Of a stretch of DNA of 64,000 nt, positions 37,501 through 45,230 are shown in pieces. The notes under the pieces were generated by a model, which saw nothing but the letters and a program-made list of their open reading frames with translations, was not told the origin of the DNA and ran no database searches. Source of the DNA: an uncultured Deinococcales bacterium (GTDB lineage: Bacteria; Deinococcota; Deinococci; Deinococcales; JAAFIG01); contig CAXTTL010000001.1 of assembly GCA_964247135.1 (NCBI GenBank), positions 37,887-101,886 on the forward strand. Direction: 5' to 3'. The position numbers and the translations under genes were made by a program. Within the stretch, counting starts at the first letter, position 1. Each line of letters begins with the position of its first letter.

Positions 37501-38542
37501 TGACCTTGACGGTCATGGCGAACGTCCGATTCCGCAACTGTGCGTGATCTGTCACGGCGGTAAAAGTTCGGATACCGCCGCCGACCCGCTCGACCCAAGC
37601 GGTCCGAAAAAAGGCGCGTACACCGCCCGCAGCGACATGTTCAACAAGAACTCAAAGTTCTTACCGTTTGACCTGCACTACTACAAATTTCCAGCCACCA
37701 AACCCAAAGCAACCCAGCAAAACGACTTCAGAAACCTCAACCTCGAGATCGTGAAGCAGGTGGCGAACGACATTGCACCCAGCAGCCCCATCGGTGAATT
37801 GATTGATGCTTGGTATCCAGGCGGCGCGGGCGACCAACAGGAAGCCAAAGTGATTGCCGGCTGGGACACGGGCGGGGCGGGCAACCCCAACCATCAGGAC
37901 AACCAAATGTACCGCGATGTGTTCGCTCGAGCCTGCCGCACCTGTCATGTGGCGCAGCCTTACAGCGCCCCAAATTACGTGACCGTGGCACAATTCAAAG
38001 CCGACATCGGTAAAATCCAGAGCCGTATTTGCCGTGAAAAAGTCATGCCCCATGCCCAACGCACCAACGATATTTTCTGGAGCAGCCTGAACCCCAACAT
38101 GCCAGGATTCTTGGAAATTTTCGGTCAAGGAACGGGCACTTGGTCAACCGCCCCAAATGACCAGTGCGGCTTGTTCTTCCAACCTGGCAGCGATCCAAAA
38201 TCGTTCTTTGAAAGCCAGATTTACCCAATCCTGACCAAGAACTGCCAGTCGTGTCACGGTTCCGTCGGGCTGGCTCAATTTGCCGTGACCACCCCAGCCG
38301 CAACCTACAACGCGCTGCTCAACACCCCAACCAATGCTGGAGGCTCGAGCCGTTACATCGTGCCCAACAACCTTGGCTCGAGCGTCCTGTACCAGCGCAT
38401 CACAACAGGCGCGGTCGGTGTGCGAATGCCAAAATTTGGGGCTGACCTGACGACCACCGACACCGATGTACCGCCAGACGGAAAATTGGATGCCAATGAA
38501 GTGAAAGACTGGATCACCACCTTTAACGCCACTGGACCGTAA
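34583..38542 (+). CDS. Giant secreted protein: CarboxypepD_reg-like and Ig-like repeats, C-terminal region with three CxxCH motifs (PSCyt1-like cytochrome c domain)
   Basis: The start is ATG 34583 (AAAGGAGGG RBS) with signal peptide MRLKFTQVLVAFAILAALVFVPKPGRAQ. The CarboxypepD_reg-like segments are GYVFAQVRD...SITDLSGHFQL...GVYMLCVKAEGF and FNGTVVDANGKPVAGAQVDVNGRLTNSDLSGHVELEVPVGDKYVL. The CxxCH motifs are CVICH (37541-37555), CRTCH (37934-37948) and CQSCH (38243-38257). The last lies in a PSCyt1-like context (ILTKNCQSCHGS...SSVLYQRIT...RMPKFG). Confidence 0.7.
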   Translation: MRLKFTQVLVAFAILAALVFVPKPGRAQPGAQEPVYARGYVFAQVRDRFEKAIQVALPHAVVFLANPQDLAKPLASSITDLSGHFQLRADDPGVYMLCVKAEGFADNCVRKEFRVSSDLGHVLIQPVQSDKTAAIYGSISLRRGRLARGFEPFMNVNAFTTIEMQSNQGSYKGFVNNHGEYIVPNIPNAEKFKFRASIENENLEREIFMGTLIPNLGYKFDFRFSNSAPTTRLVSASLNNKLVQQVAPGNTITLTAVSDDSDADSLEYRWLLPEGGGTVGPNTTPELSWKVPSRNGLFTVVSLVGDRRGGYTRSTITVRATNGGVPFNGTVVDANGKPVAGAQVDVNGRLTNSDLSGHVELEVPVGDKYVLNIRQPGVSAPGQAAFGTASFVYTSSVVGERWVLRRSAVTTFDPTKAITFQHKRDEKDCAAARSRSSQIDWKQYSQPGLFEWQDGRGNPQSLSEAAFKDPKAARQIMRLLAKSNPVVARVFAQAAKVEGQFETSPVPCRNGIKVEIPANALENPKTKKAPTGPVQIGLSTIDLNSPTQMPGDYSALDGNGKLAGMASFGAGSIDVGAGNQRFNLKPGMTAKVTIPVDGTQLTPGATLPTKIPFLYYNEQTGVWKQEGEAVLTGSGANAAYVAKAKHFSTMNADILKTGESCVAVEVDPAAGFSFPLNVEVNLQPSVVNPTAVQVRTLTINSSGEHSVIYNLPNKQDIALTPIIPGVLPDGSSGNVPAGIFVVNTGGPQTSPSAPPTPNADGTYYKEVGGNPVGPCGSRVTLKKLNGAQLDPQYEFLQGLYFESSNITEFAVSDPSISSAIEAGSDDYYAQSDPRQQRLTLAQFQAFNRFGQAQNPATGEVEFSAVYANSGDLGFGREMHCRRNVANDSTIATPKFDYACYVTNYGQPPLFRDDQTDADEAAKGPVAGHADATVTMEYSRVENAPGDPIEFPDNERTVKFYAYNTLTGVRVKKADLDGHGERPIPQLCVICHGGKSSDTAADPLDPSGPKKGAYTARSDMFNKNSKFLPFDLHYYKFPATKPKATQQNDFRNLNLEIVKQVANDIAPSSPIGELIDAWYPGGAGDQQEAKVIAGWDTGGAGNPNHQDNQMYRDVFARACRTCHVAQPYSAPNYVTVAQFKADIGKIQSRICREKVMPHAQRTNDIFWSSLNPNMPGFLEIFGQGTGTWSTAPNDQCGLFFQPGSDPKSFFESQIYPILTKNCQSCHGSVGLAQFAVTTPAATYNALLNTPTNAGGSSRYIVPNNLGSSVLYQRITTGAVGVRMPKFGADLTTTDTDVPPDGKLDANEVKDWITTFNATGP

Positions 38543-38607
38543 AGTTTTTCACCAGCACATCACCGAGACGTTCAGCATGGAATTAGACACTGCTCGAGTT
38601 CGGGTAG

Positions 38608-38624
38608 GGTGCGCCATGCGCACC
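38608..38624. repeat. REP-variant hairpin (GGTGCGC-CAT-GCGCACC) with CGGGTAG prefix
   Basis: It lies 66 nt after the stop of the giant gene. The stem is the same as in the RAYT-associated REPs but the loop is shorter. Confidence 0.55.
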
Positions 38625-38854
38625 ATCCAATACGCGCAATTGGAGCGCTACGAATTTTTCAAGCTTGGAATGTTTTGGTTCATTGGTCGAGGTCAACATA
38701 CTTTTTAGGGTTCTCGGTTGAACTGAGTTGAAACCAACAAGATCAGGCACGGTCGCTCGAGGGTTTGATAGCCCTCGAGCGGATGGAGTACGGCTTTTCT
38801 CTCAAGCAAATCTCAAAGCTCGAGCAACATATTTCTCGAGCATCAGGAGAACAT

Positions 38855-41818
38855 ATGCGAAAAATGCGTCCCGTTTTGAAGTTGATGGTTTTGGTTGTTC
38901 TGGCTGGAGTGCTTACCCTGGCAGATCAAACGGTTCGAGCCGATTTTAACCATGTGACCGACACCAGCAATTTTCTTGCCTTGCCCGTTGCCAGCCTTGA
39001 TGGCATTTTTCCTCAACCTTGGGCGTGTGGTGGCGCAGCGCCAAGCCCGCAGAGTGTGGTGCAACTGCACGCCAACTGGCACTGCGCGAATCCAAATCAT
39101 GTTGGACCCAATTGGGGCAATCGCTTTTTTGGTTTTCACAAGCAGTTCTTGCTGGCGTATGACCGTTACCTTGCCAGTGTTGGCGAAAGCTTCATTCAAA
39201 CCTGGGAGGCTGCGCCAGGCGCATTGATTCCGCCACCGCACCAGGGTCGTCCGGCAAATACGGCTTGCCCAACCTGTCTGGCGTTGCCCAGCCAGTTCAG
39301 GTTGCCCGCCGCCGGAGGCACGCTCGATGCGTTCACGTCTTTGACCGCCATTGGCGATGCCGTCATCAATTGGCACGACACCAACCACGGTCGAATCGCC
39401 AATTCTTTTGCCGCCGCGACCGACATGGGTTCTCCCTCGACCTCACCTCGAGACCCCGTGTTTTACCGCTATCATCATATTTTTGATGATATTCAAGACG
39501 CTTGGCGCACCCATCAAGCCAACGATATTGCGATTGTTTTTGACCGTTCTGGCAGCATGAACCTGCCTGCGGTTGGTGGCGGCACACGCTTGCAAGCCGC
39601 CAAAGATGCCTCCGCCCTGTTTGCCGATTTGCTCGAGGATGGCAGTGCGCACAAGTTGGGGATGGTTTCGTTTTCGACCACTGCCAGCGCCGTGCCAGAC
39701 ATGCCTTTAACCGCTGTCGCCAGCGCCAGCTCGAGCATGACCAGCGCACTGGCTTTGATTGCGGCTGGAGGTTCAACCAGCATCGGTGATGGTCTGACCA
39801 AAGGGCAAGCCTTGGTGGCTTCGGGTGCGAATCCGCGCAAAGCCATCTTGTTGCTGACCGACGGCATGGAAAACACCGCACCGCTGATTTCAAGCGCCGC
39901 GCCTGGACTGGGCGACACGCATGTTTGTTCGGTTGGGCTTGGAACGCCCGGAACTTTGGACGGCGAAAAACTGCAACAACTCAGCGAACGCCAAGGTGGA
40001 ATTTACATCAGTGGACCGAGTGCGCTCGAGTTAAAAAAGTTTTTTGTCTTTTGCTTCGCCGATATTTTCGATACCTTTGTTGGCGCCGACCCAATCCAGA
40101 CGCTGCCAGCCAACCAAATTGCCTCCAAGCCACTGATCCACGGGGCGCTCGACGATCAAAAACTGGTGTTTGTTTTGTCCTGGACACACCCACTGCCAAA
40201 CGGTGCGCTGCGCTTGGCAATCACCCGACCAGATGGCACAAGCCTGTCCCTGAATGATCCAAACGTTGAAAGCACCTTCGGTCCAACCTGGCACATTGTG
40301 CGCATCAAGAATGTCTCGAGTGCAGACCGTGACGGGCGCTGGTTGGCTCGAGCCATAAGACCACATCGCGGTTTTATCAACGGTTTTGTTTCCTATCCTT
40401 TTCAGGATGACGTTGCGGGGATCAACCTGATCCGTTCGCAACTGGCTCGTCTTTGCCCCGAGGGTTGCAGGCGCGTGTTGTACTTTGAAGACCCGCACGG
40501 TCACGAAACCTTTGAAGAGCACCTGAGCATTTACGATGCTGCCATCTTCACTGAGGCTGGACGCAGCATCGGCACGGTTGAGGTTGAAAACGACCCCAAA
40601 GCCTTTGCCGAAAAACTGGCGCAAGGTGGGCAAGATTACGACCTGATCGTCTCGAGCGTCAGTCATGAAAACAAAGACCAGCCTTTTGATGCGCCGCTGG
40701 CAAAATTGTTGTGCTTTGCCCAGGGACCAAAATTTATTGTGGCGGACAACCGAGAAACCGCTGGCGCCCAAGCGATCTTGCGTTGCGCGGGGGCAATTCG
40801 AGCGGGCAAGACCAACCTCAAAACCCTGAACTTGGACGGGCAATTGGCGGCTGGAAAATTGCTGTTCCGCACCCCAATGAACATGCCAGGAATGTCCGCC
40901 GACAGTTACGAATTAAAACCAAGTCTTGAGACCAACATCGTTCAGGGCGTCAGCGAACTTGGTGGTGCGTTGATCGTGGCACGTCCGAGCAGCGACATCA
41001 AACCCCAAGACGAACCCTACTTCATGACCTCGTTGACCCGCGCCACAGCTCGAGTTTTACCCTTTGCCTACCGCAGCAATTATTACACCGGCGAATCCCT
41101 GCATCCGACCTTTCACATTCCCGTGTCGTACTGGTCGGCTGCTGGTTACGATTCGATCAAAGCCAGCGTGCGGGTCACACGACCAACTTTGAGCTTGAAT
41201 GCGTTGGTGGCAAAGAACGGCGCGAAAGAACCACAAAACCTTCAGGGCGATACTTTAAGTCCACGCCAAGCCACGATTGCCAGGCTTGATCCAAACGGCA
41301 CTGGAAAACTGATTCCCACCGAAACCAAACGCTTTGCCCTGAACGACGATGCCACCAATGGCGATGGCACCGCCAACGACCATTACTGGGAGGTCGCCCT
41401 GCCAGCCAATTTGACCCAGTTTGACGGGCAGTACGTTTTTCACGCGGTCTTTGAATTGTGCCGTGCCAAAGCTTGCGTCACTCGAGAGGCGGAACAAACC
41501 GTCAACGTCCAGACCAAAGTTTCGCCCAGCAAAACCAAAGTCAGCCTCGAGAAACTCATTGTTGCAGGCAATGCCCGCAACTTTACACGGGTGCTTGTAA
41601 CCCCAGTGGACAATGCGGGCAGTCCACTGGGACCAGGGCTGCTGGATCGTTTGATTCTGACCCCTCAGGGCGATGCCAAACTCGAGCGCAGCGGCGATGT
41701 TGACGGTCGCGGGACGTATGAAATTGTGGTCAGTTGGACGAATACCAACGGCGCACCAAAACTGGTCATTGCACAATTTGGACGACCCAAAGAAACCATT
41801 GTGCTGACACTCAAATAA
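38855..41818 (+). CDS. Secreted type-3 copper (tyrosinase-like) + von Willebrand factor A fusion protein with ~630-aa unassigned C-terminal region
   Basis: The start is ATG 38855 (CAGGAGAA RBS) with signal peptide MRKMRPVLKLMVLVVLAGVLTLADQTVRA. The CuA-like block is LHANWHCANPNHVGPNWGNRFFGFHKQFLLAYDRYL. The CuB-like block is WHDTNHGRI...SPRDPVFYRYHHIFDDIQDAW (~39050-39500). The vWA domain has the MIDAS motif DRSGSM plus LLLTDGMEN (~39520-40080). Confidence 0.7.
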   Translation: MRKMRPVLKLMVLVVLAGVLTLADQTVRADFNHVTDTSNFLALPVASLDGIFPQPWACGGAAPSPQSVVQLHANWHCANPNHVGPNWGNRFFGFHKQFLLAYDRYLASVGESFIQTWEAAPGALIPPPHQGRPANTACPTCLALPSQFRLPAAGGTLDAFTSLTAIGDAVINWHDTNHGRIANSFAAATDMGSPSTSPRDPVFYRYHHIFDDIQDAWRTHQANDIAIVFDRSGSMNLPAVGGGTRLQAAKDASALFADLLEDGSAHKLGMVSFSTTASAVPDMPLTAVASASSSMTSALALIAAGGSTSIGDGLTKGQALVASGANPRKAILLLTDGMENTAPLISSAAPGLGDTHVCSVGLGTPGTLDGEKLQQLSERQGGIYISGPSALELKKFFVFCFADIFDTFVGADPIQTLPANQIASKPLIHGALDDQKLVFVLSWTHPLPNGALRLAITRPDGTSLSLNDPNVESTFGPTWHIVRIKNVSSADRDGRWLARAIRPHRGFINGFVSYPFQDDVAGINLIRSQLARLCPEGCRRVLYFEDPHGHETFEEHLSIYDAAIFTEAGRSIGTVEVENDPKAFAEKLAQGGQDYDLIVSSVSHENKDQPFDAPLAKLLCFAQGPKFIVADNRETAGAQAILRCAGAIRAGKTNLKTLNLDGQLAAGKLLFRTPMNMPGMSADSYELKPSLETNIVQGVSELGGALIVARPSSDIKPQDEPYFMTSLTRATARVLPFAYRSNYYTGESLHPTFHIPVSYWSAAGYDSIKASVRVTRPTLSLNALVAKNGAKEPQNLQGDTLSPRQATIARLDPNGTGKLIPTETKRFALNDDATNGDGTANDHYWEVALPANLTQFDGQYVFHAVFELCRAKACVTREAEQTVNVQTKVSPSKTKVSLEKLIVAGNARNFTRVLVTPVDNAGSPLGPGLLDRLILTPQGDAKLERSGDVDGRGTYEIVVSWTNTNGAPKLVIAQFGRPKETIVLTLK

Positions 41819-41829
41819 GCGCAACATCG

Positions 41830-42180
41830 TTAGCCACCAGCTCCACTGCCTTGTTGAAGAGCAGGATGCACAATCCCCTGACAATGCCGCGTTTCATCCT
41901 CGAGGTGGAGAAACACCAATCCCCTGGCGATTTCTGGATGCTGCCGAACCGCCAACACAACCTTGAAATGCCAACGTGCCATAAGTGTAGCTAAAAACGT
42001 GTCTCGAGCACTGCGCCAGACCACTGGCATCCGAAACTTACTTTACAAGAGTTCTTCACCATATGAGTTGTTCTCGAGCATCAGCCCAAATTCCACAGCG
42101 ATGGACTGGTGGGTTGTGCTCGAGAAACTGACCAATCACCGAGACAGTGAAGCCATTTTAAACAAAAAACAACTTCATCC
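41830..42180 (-). pseudogene. Relic fragment of an error-prone DNA polymerase III alpha (DnaE2-like) gene, OB-fold region
   Basis: The 66-aa ORF contains VVLAVRQHPEIARGLVFLHLEDETRHCQGIVHPAL, which resembles the DnaE2 block ...RQRPxTAxGVxFLxLEDETGxxNV.... An upstream out-of-frame piece (GFTVSVIGQFLEHNPPVHRCGIWADAREQL) ends in a stop. Only ~350 bp remain, squeezed between two unrelated genes. Confidence 0.4.
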
Positions 42181-42181
42181 T

Positions 42182-43258
42182 TCAATCAAATTCAACCATC
42201 ACCTTCATCGAGGTTTTCTTTTCCTTGTCCGCAAACTCGAGCGCCTGATGCGCCTGCTCCAAGCCAAAACGGTGCGTAATCATGGCGTCCAGATTCACGC
42301 GGTTTTGCGCCACCAACTCGAGCGCGGCGGGGTAACAATTGGCGTAACGAAACTGTCCGCGAATGTCCACCTCTCGAGACGCAGCAGCAACAATATCGAG
42401 CGACACGAGTGGGTCGGCGGGCAAGCCGACCAGAATCGCCACCCCACCAGATCGTGTGGCTTCAATCGACATACGGCAGGTGGGCAGCGAACCAGCCGTT
42501 TCAAAGGCGGCATCCACACCTGCACTCGAGCCTATCAAACCCGTTAAGGGCGAGGTGATGGCGCGAATTTGCTCGAGCACATTTGGGTCGCGTCCGTTGA
42601 TGGTGTGCGTCGCCCCCAGTTGTTTTGCCAAATCCAACCGAAACGGCTCGAGGTCAACCGCAATGATGGTGGTCGCGCCTGCGGCTTTGGCGGCTTGCAA
42701 GGTGGTGCAACCGATGGGTCCCGCGCCAAACACTGCCACACTTGCGCCCATGCCGATTTGGGCGCGTTGTACCGCCCAGACGCCCACAGCCAGAGGCTCG
42801 AGAAGCGCGGCGGCATCGAGGCTCATGCTGTCAGGAATTTTGAAGGCGAAGTCAGATGGCCACGCGACGTATTCGGCAAATGCGCCGTCCACGGGTGGGG
42901 TTGCCATGAAGGTGATGTCTGGGCAGAGGTTGTAGCGCCCACGTTTGCAGTGGTAACACCTTCGGCACGGATACCCTGGCTCGAGACTGACCCGATCACC
43001 GACTTTTAAATGCGTGACCTCGCTTCCGACGGCGGCAACCACACCCGCCGATTCGTGTCCGAGCACAATGGGTTTTTCGACCACATAACGCCCAATGTGC
43101 CCGTCGGTAAAATAATGCACATCGCTGCCGCACACCCCAACGCGCTGGATTTTCACCAACACGTCCTGGGCTTTGGGTGTTGGCACGCTCCAAGTCTCAA
43201 GGCGAACATCACGAATGCCGTGCATCACGGCGACGCGCATGGTTTGGGGAATTACCAC
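42182..43258 (-). CDS. Zinc-dependent alcohol/polyol dehydrogenase (MDR family; sorbitol/idonate dehydrogenase-like)
   Basis: 358 aa. The sequence has [15 protein letters not shown], the structural-Zn Cys cluster [15 protein letters not shown] and the Rossmann motif GAGPIG. Confidence 0.85.
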   Translation of the reverse strand: MVIPQTMRVAVMHGIRDVRLETWSVPTPKAQDVLVKIQRVGVCGSDVHYFTDGHIGRYVVEKPIVLGHESAGVVAAVGSEVTHLKVGDRVSLEPGYPCRRCYHCKRGRYNLCPDITFMATPPVDGAFAEYVAWPSDFAFKIPDSMSLDAAALLEPLAVGVWAVQRAQIGMGASVAVFGAGPIGCTTLQAAKAAGATTIIAVDLEPFRLDLAKQLGATHTINGRDPNVLEQIRAITSPLTGLIGSSAGVDAAFETAGSLPTCRMSIEATRSGGVAILVGLPADPLVSLDIVAAASREVDIRGQFRYANCYPAALELVAQNRVNLDAMITHRFGLEQAHQALEFADKEKKTSMKVMVEFD

Positions 43259-44007
43259 GAGGTGTAACCCCCATCAACGATCACGTCGCTGCCCGTCATA
43301 AAACTCGAGGCAGGGCTGGCAAGGAACACCGCAACAGCAGCAACTTCAGCAGGTTCGCCCAAACGCCCCATCGGAGTGCTCGAGAGCCAGATGTCACGCC
43401 ATACGGGGTTTTCCAGCGCTGCTTTGGTCATGGCTGTACCGATGTAACCAGGGCTGATGCTGTTGACACGCACACCACGCGGCGACCATTCGCCAGCCAA
43501 GGATTTGGTTAAGTGAATCACGCCAGCTTTGGCAGCGTTGTATGCCGATTGTGGTTGTGGTCGGTTGGAAATGCTACCCGACATCGAACCAATATTGACA
43601 ATGCTGCCCGATCCACGCGTCAGCATGTGCTTGCCGACCTCACGGCAGCAGTAAAACACGCCGTCCAAATCCACACTTATGACCAAACGCCATTCGTCAT
43701 CGGTCACATCTTCGGACGGTGTGTTGCGGCAAATGCCCGCGTTATTGACAATGCAGTCAATCCTACCGTGTTTTTTGATGACCTCTGCCACCATGCTTTT
43801 CACGCTGCTCGAGTTGGTCACATCAGTTGCTATAAAATCTCCCTCGAGCTTGTGGGCTGCGGCTTCGCCAGTGCTTGCGTTGGCTTCGGCAATCACCAGA
43901 TACGCACCGGAAGCTTTCATGGCTTGAGCGATTTCAAAGCCGATGCCTTGACCGCCGCCAGTGACGATCACGATTTGATTCTCGAGGTTGAAATTGGGTT
44001 TGCTCAT
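43252..44007 (-). CDS. SDR family oxidoreductase
   Basis: 251 aa with TGGGQGIG (TGxxxGxG), NNAG and YNAAKAG (YxxxK). Confidence 0.85.
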   Translation of the reverse strand: MSKPNFNLENQIVIVTGGGQGIGFEIAQAMKASGAYLVIAEANASTGEAAAHKLEGDFIATDVTNSSSVKSMVAEVIKKHGRIDCIVNNAGICRNTPSEDVTDDEWRLVISVDLDGVFYCCREVGKHMLTRGSGSIVNIGSMSGSISNRPQPQSAYNAAKAGVIHLTKSLAGEWSPRGVRVNSISPGYIGTAMTKAALENPVWRDIWLSSTPMGRLGEPAEVAAVAVFLASPASSFMTGSDVIVDGGYTSW

Positions 44008-44067
44008 GTTGTGACTCCTTTTGAGGTTGGGATTGAATTTTTGTTTTCGTTGTGTGGGTTTCTTGCG

Positions 44068-44093
44068 TAGGGGCGCATGGCTGTGCGCCCCTA
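44068..44093. repeat. GC-rich 10-bp-stem hairpin (TAGGGGCGCA-TGGCTG-TGCGCCCCTA), REP-like variant
   Basis: It lies between the upstream MDR dehydrogenase and the SDR gene. It shares the GTAGGG[G/T]GCGC core with the REP family but has a different stem register. Confidence 0.45.
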
Positions 44094-44207
44094 ACAGAAC
44101 GTTAATTTTTTAAAATATGGTTCGAGCTTTTGGTTTACCGTGGTTCAATTCGCATCCCTCGAGTTTTCAATTCGTACATTGTATATTTTAATTTTTAAAT
44201 CGTTCAC

Positions 44208-45230
44208 TTACGGAACAATCAAGACTTTTTGTGAACCGTTCATGCCAGGATGATCTTTGTACTCGAGCGCGAGTTTGAGTTGTTCAATCGGCAAACGGTG
44301 CGTGATGAGGGGTTTGACTTGCACCCGCCCTGATTGCAGCCACTCAAGCGCAATGGGGGTTGTGCCAAGCAGTGAAAAACTGCCCAGAATGGTCAGGTCA
44401 CGCCTGAACACCTCGTAAGGACTGATTTCAACCCTGGCATCGTCGGGGGCGACACCGTAATACAAGATTTTGCCACCAGGGGTGGCGTATTGAATCATCT
44501 GCGAAATCACGGCGGGCGCGCCTGTGGCTTCGGTAACAACGTCAAAACCGTAAGGCTCGAGGTCAAACAGTTGGGTTTTTAAGTCTTTGCCAGGCTCGAG
44601 CGCCAGTTTTGCGCCGAGTTGCATGGCGAGGGCGCGGCGCTCCAAGTTGGGTTCGACCACGGTGATTTCGGAGACGCCAGACACCAGCAAGGCTTGCATC
44701 AGCAACAAACCGATGGGTCCAGTGCCAAACAACAATGCTTTGCTGGCGGGTTCGGGTTGCAGGCGTTTGATGCCCCAAGCAATGCAGCCCAAGGGTTCAG
44801 CAAAGGCGGCAACCTCGAGGTCGAGGTTTCCAACGGGGTAGACATTACCCTCGGGGGCGATCACGTATTCCGCAAAACCGCCCGCCCTGGTGACCCCGAG
44901 CGCCTGATAGTTTTCGCAGTGGTGACGCATTCCTCGGCGACAATGGTGACACGCGCCGCAAGAGATCACGGGATCGAGGGCGACCCGATCACCCTCTTTG
45001 AGGTAACGCACGCCAGCGCCCACCTGATCGACCACGCCAGCAATTTCATGCCCTGGAACGAGCGGAAAGACCGCGCCAAAATGACCGCCGTAGAGGTGCA
45101 AATCCGTGCCGCAGACGCCGGTCACGGCAATCCGAATCCGAACCTCGCCAGAAGCAACTTCGGGTGCGGGAATGTCTCGGGTCTCGAGGTGGTATTTTTC
45201 GGTGATCACGGCGGCACGCATTGTTGGCAT
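44208..45230 (-). CDS. Zinc-dependent alcohol dehydrogenase (MDR family; threonine/sorbitol dehydrogenase-like)
   Basis: 340 aa with GVCGTDLHLYGG, GHEIAG, CGACHHCRRGMRHHC and GTGPIG. Its start overlaps the permease stop by 1 nt (TAATG). Confidence 0.85.
   Translation of the reverse strand: MPTMRAAVITEKYHLETRDIPAPEVASGEVRIRIAVTGVCGTDLHLYGGHFGAVFPLVPGHEIAGVVDQVGAGVRYLKEGDRVALDPVISCGACHHCRRGMRHHCENYQALGVTRAGGFAEYVIAPEGNVYPVGNLDLEVAAFAEPLGCIAWGIKRLQPEPASKALLFGTGPIGLLLMQALLVSGVSEITVVEPNLERRALAMQLGAKLALEPGKDLKTQLFDLEPYGFDVVTEATGAPAVISQMIQYATPGGKILYYGVAPDDARVEISPYEVFRRDLTILGSFSLLGTTPIALEWLQSGRVQVKPLITHRLPIEQLKLALEYKDHPGMNGSQKVLIVP

Noticed and set aside
30611-42181. An intact prophage or integrative element bounded by the tRNA fragment.
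   Set aside because: I found no integrase, excisionase, phage structural or conjugation genes, and no second copy of the tRNA 3' half in the window. CTCGAG density in most of the region is native-like.
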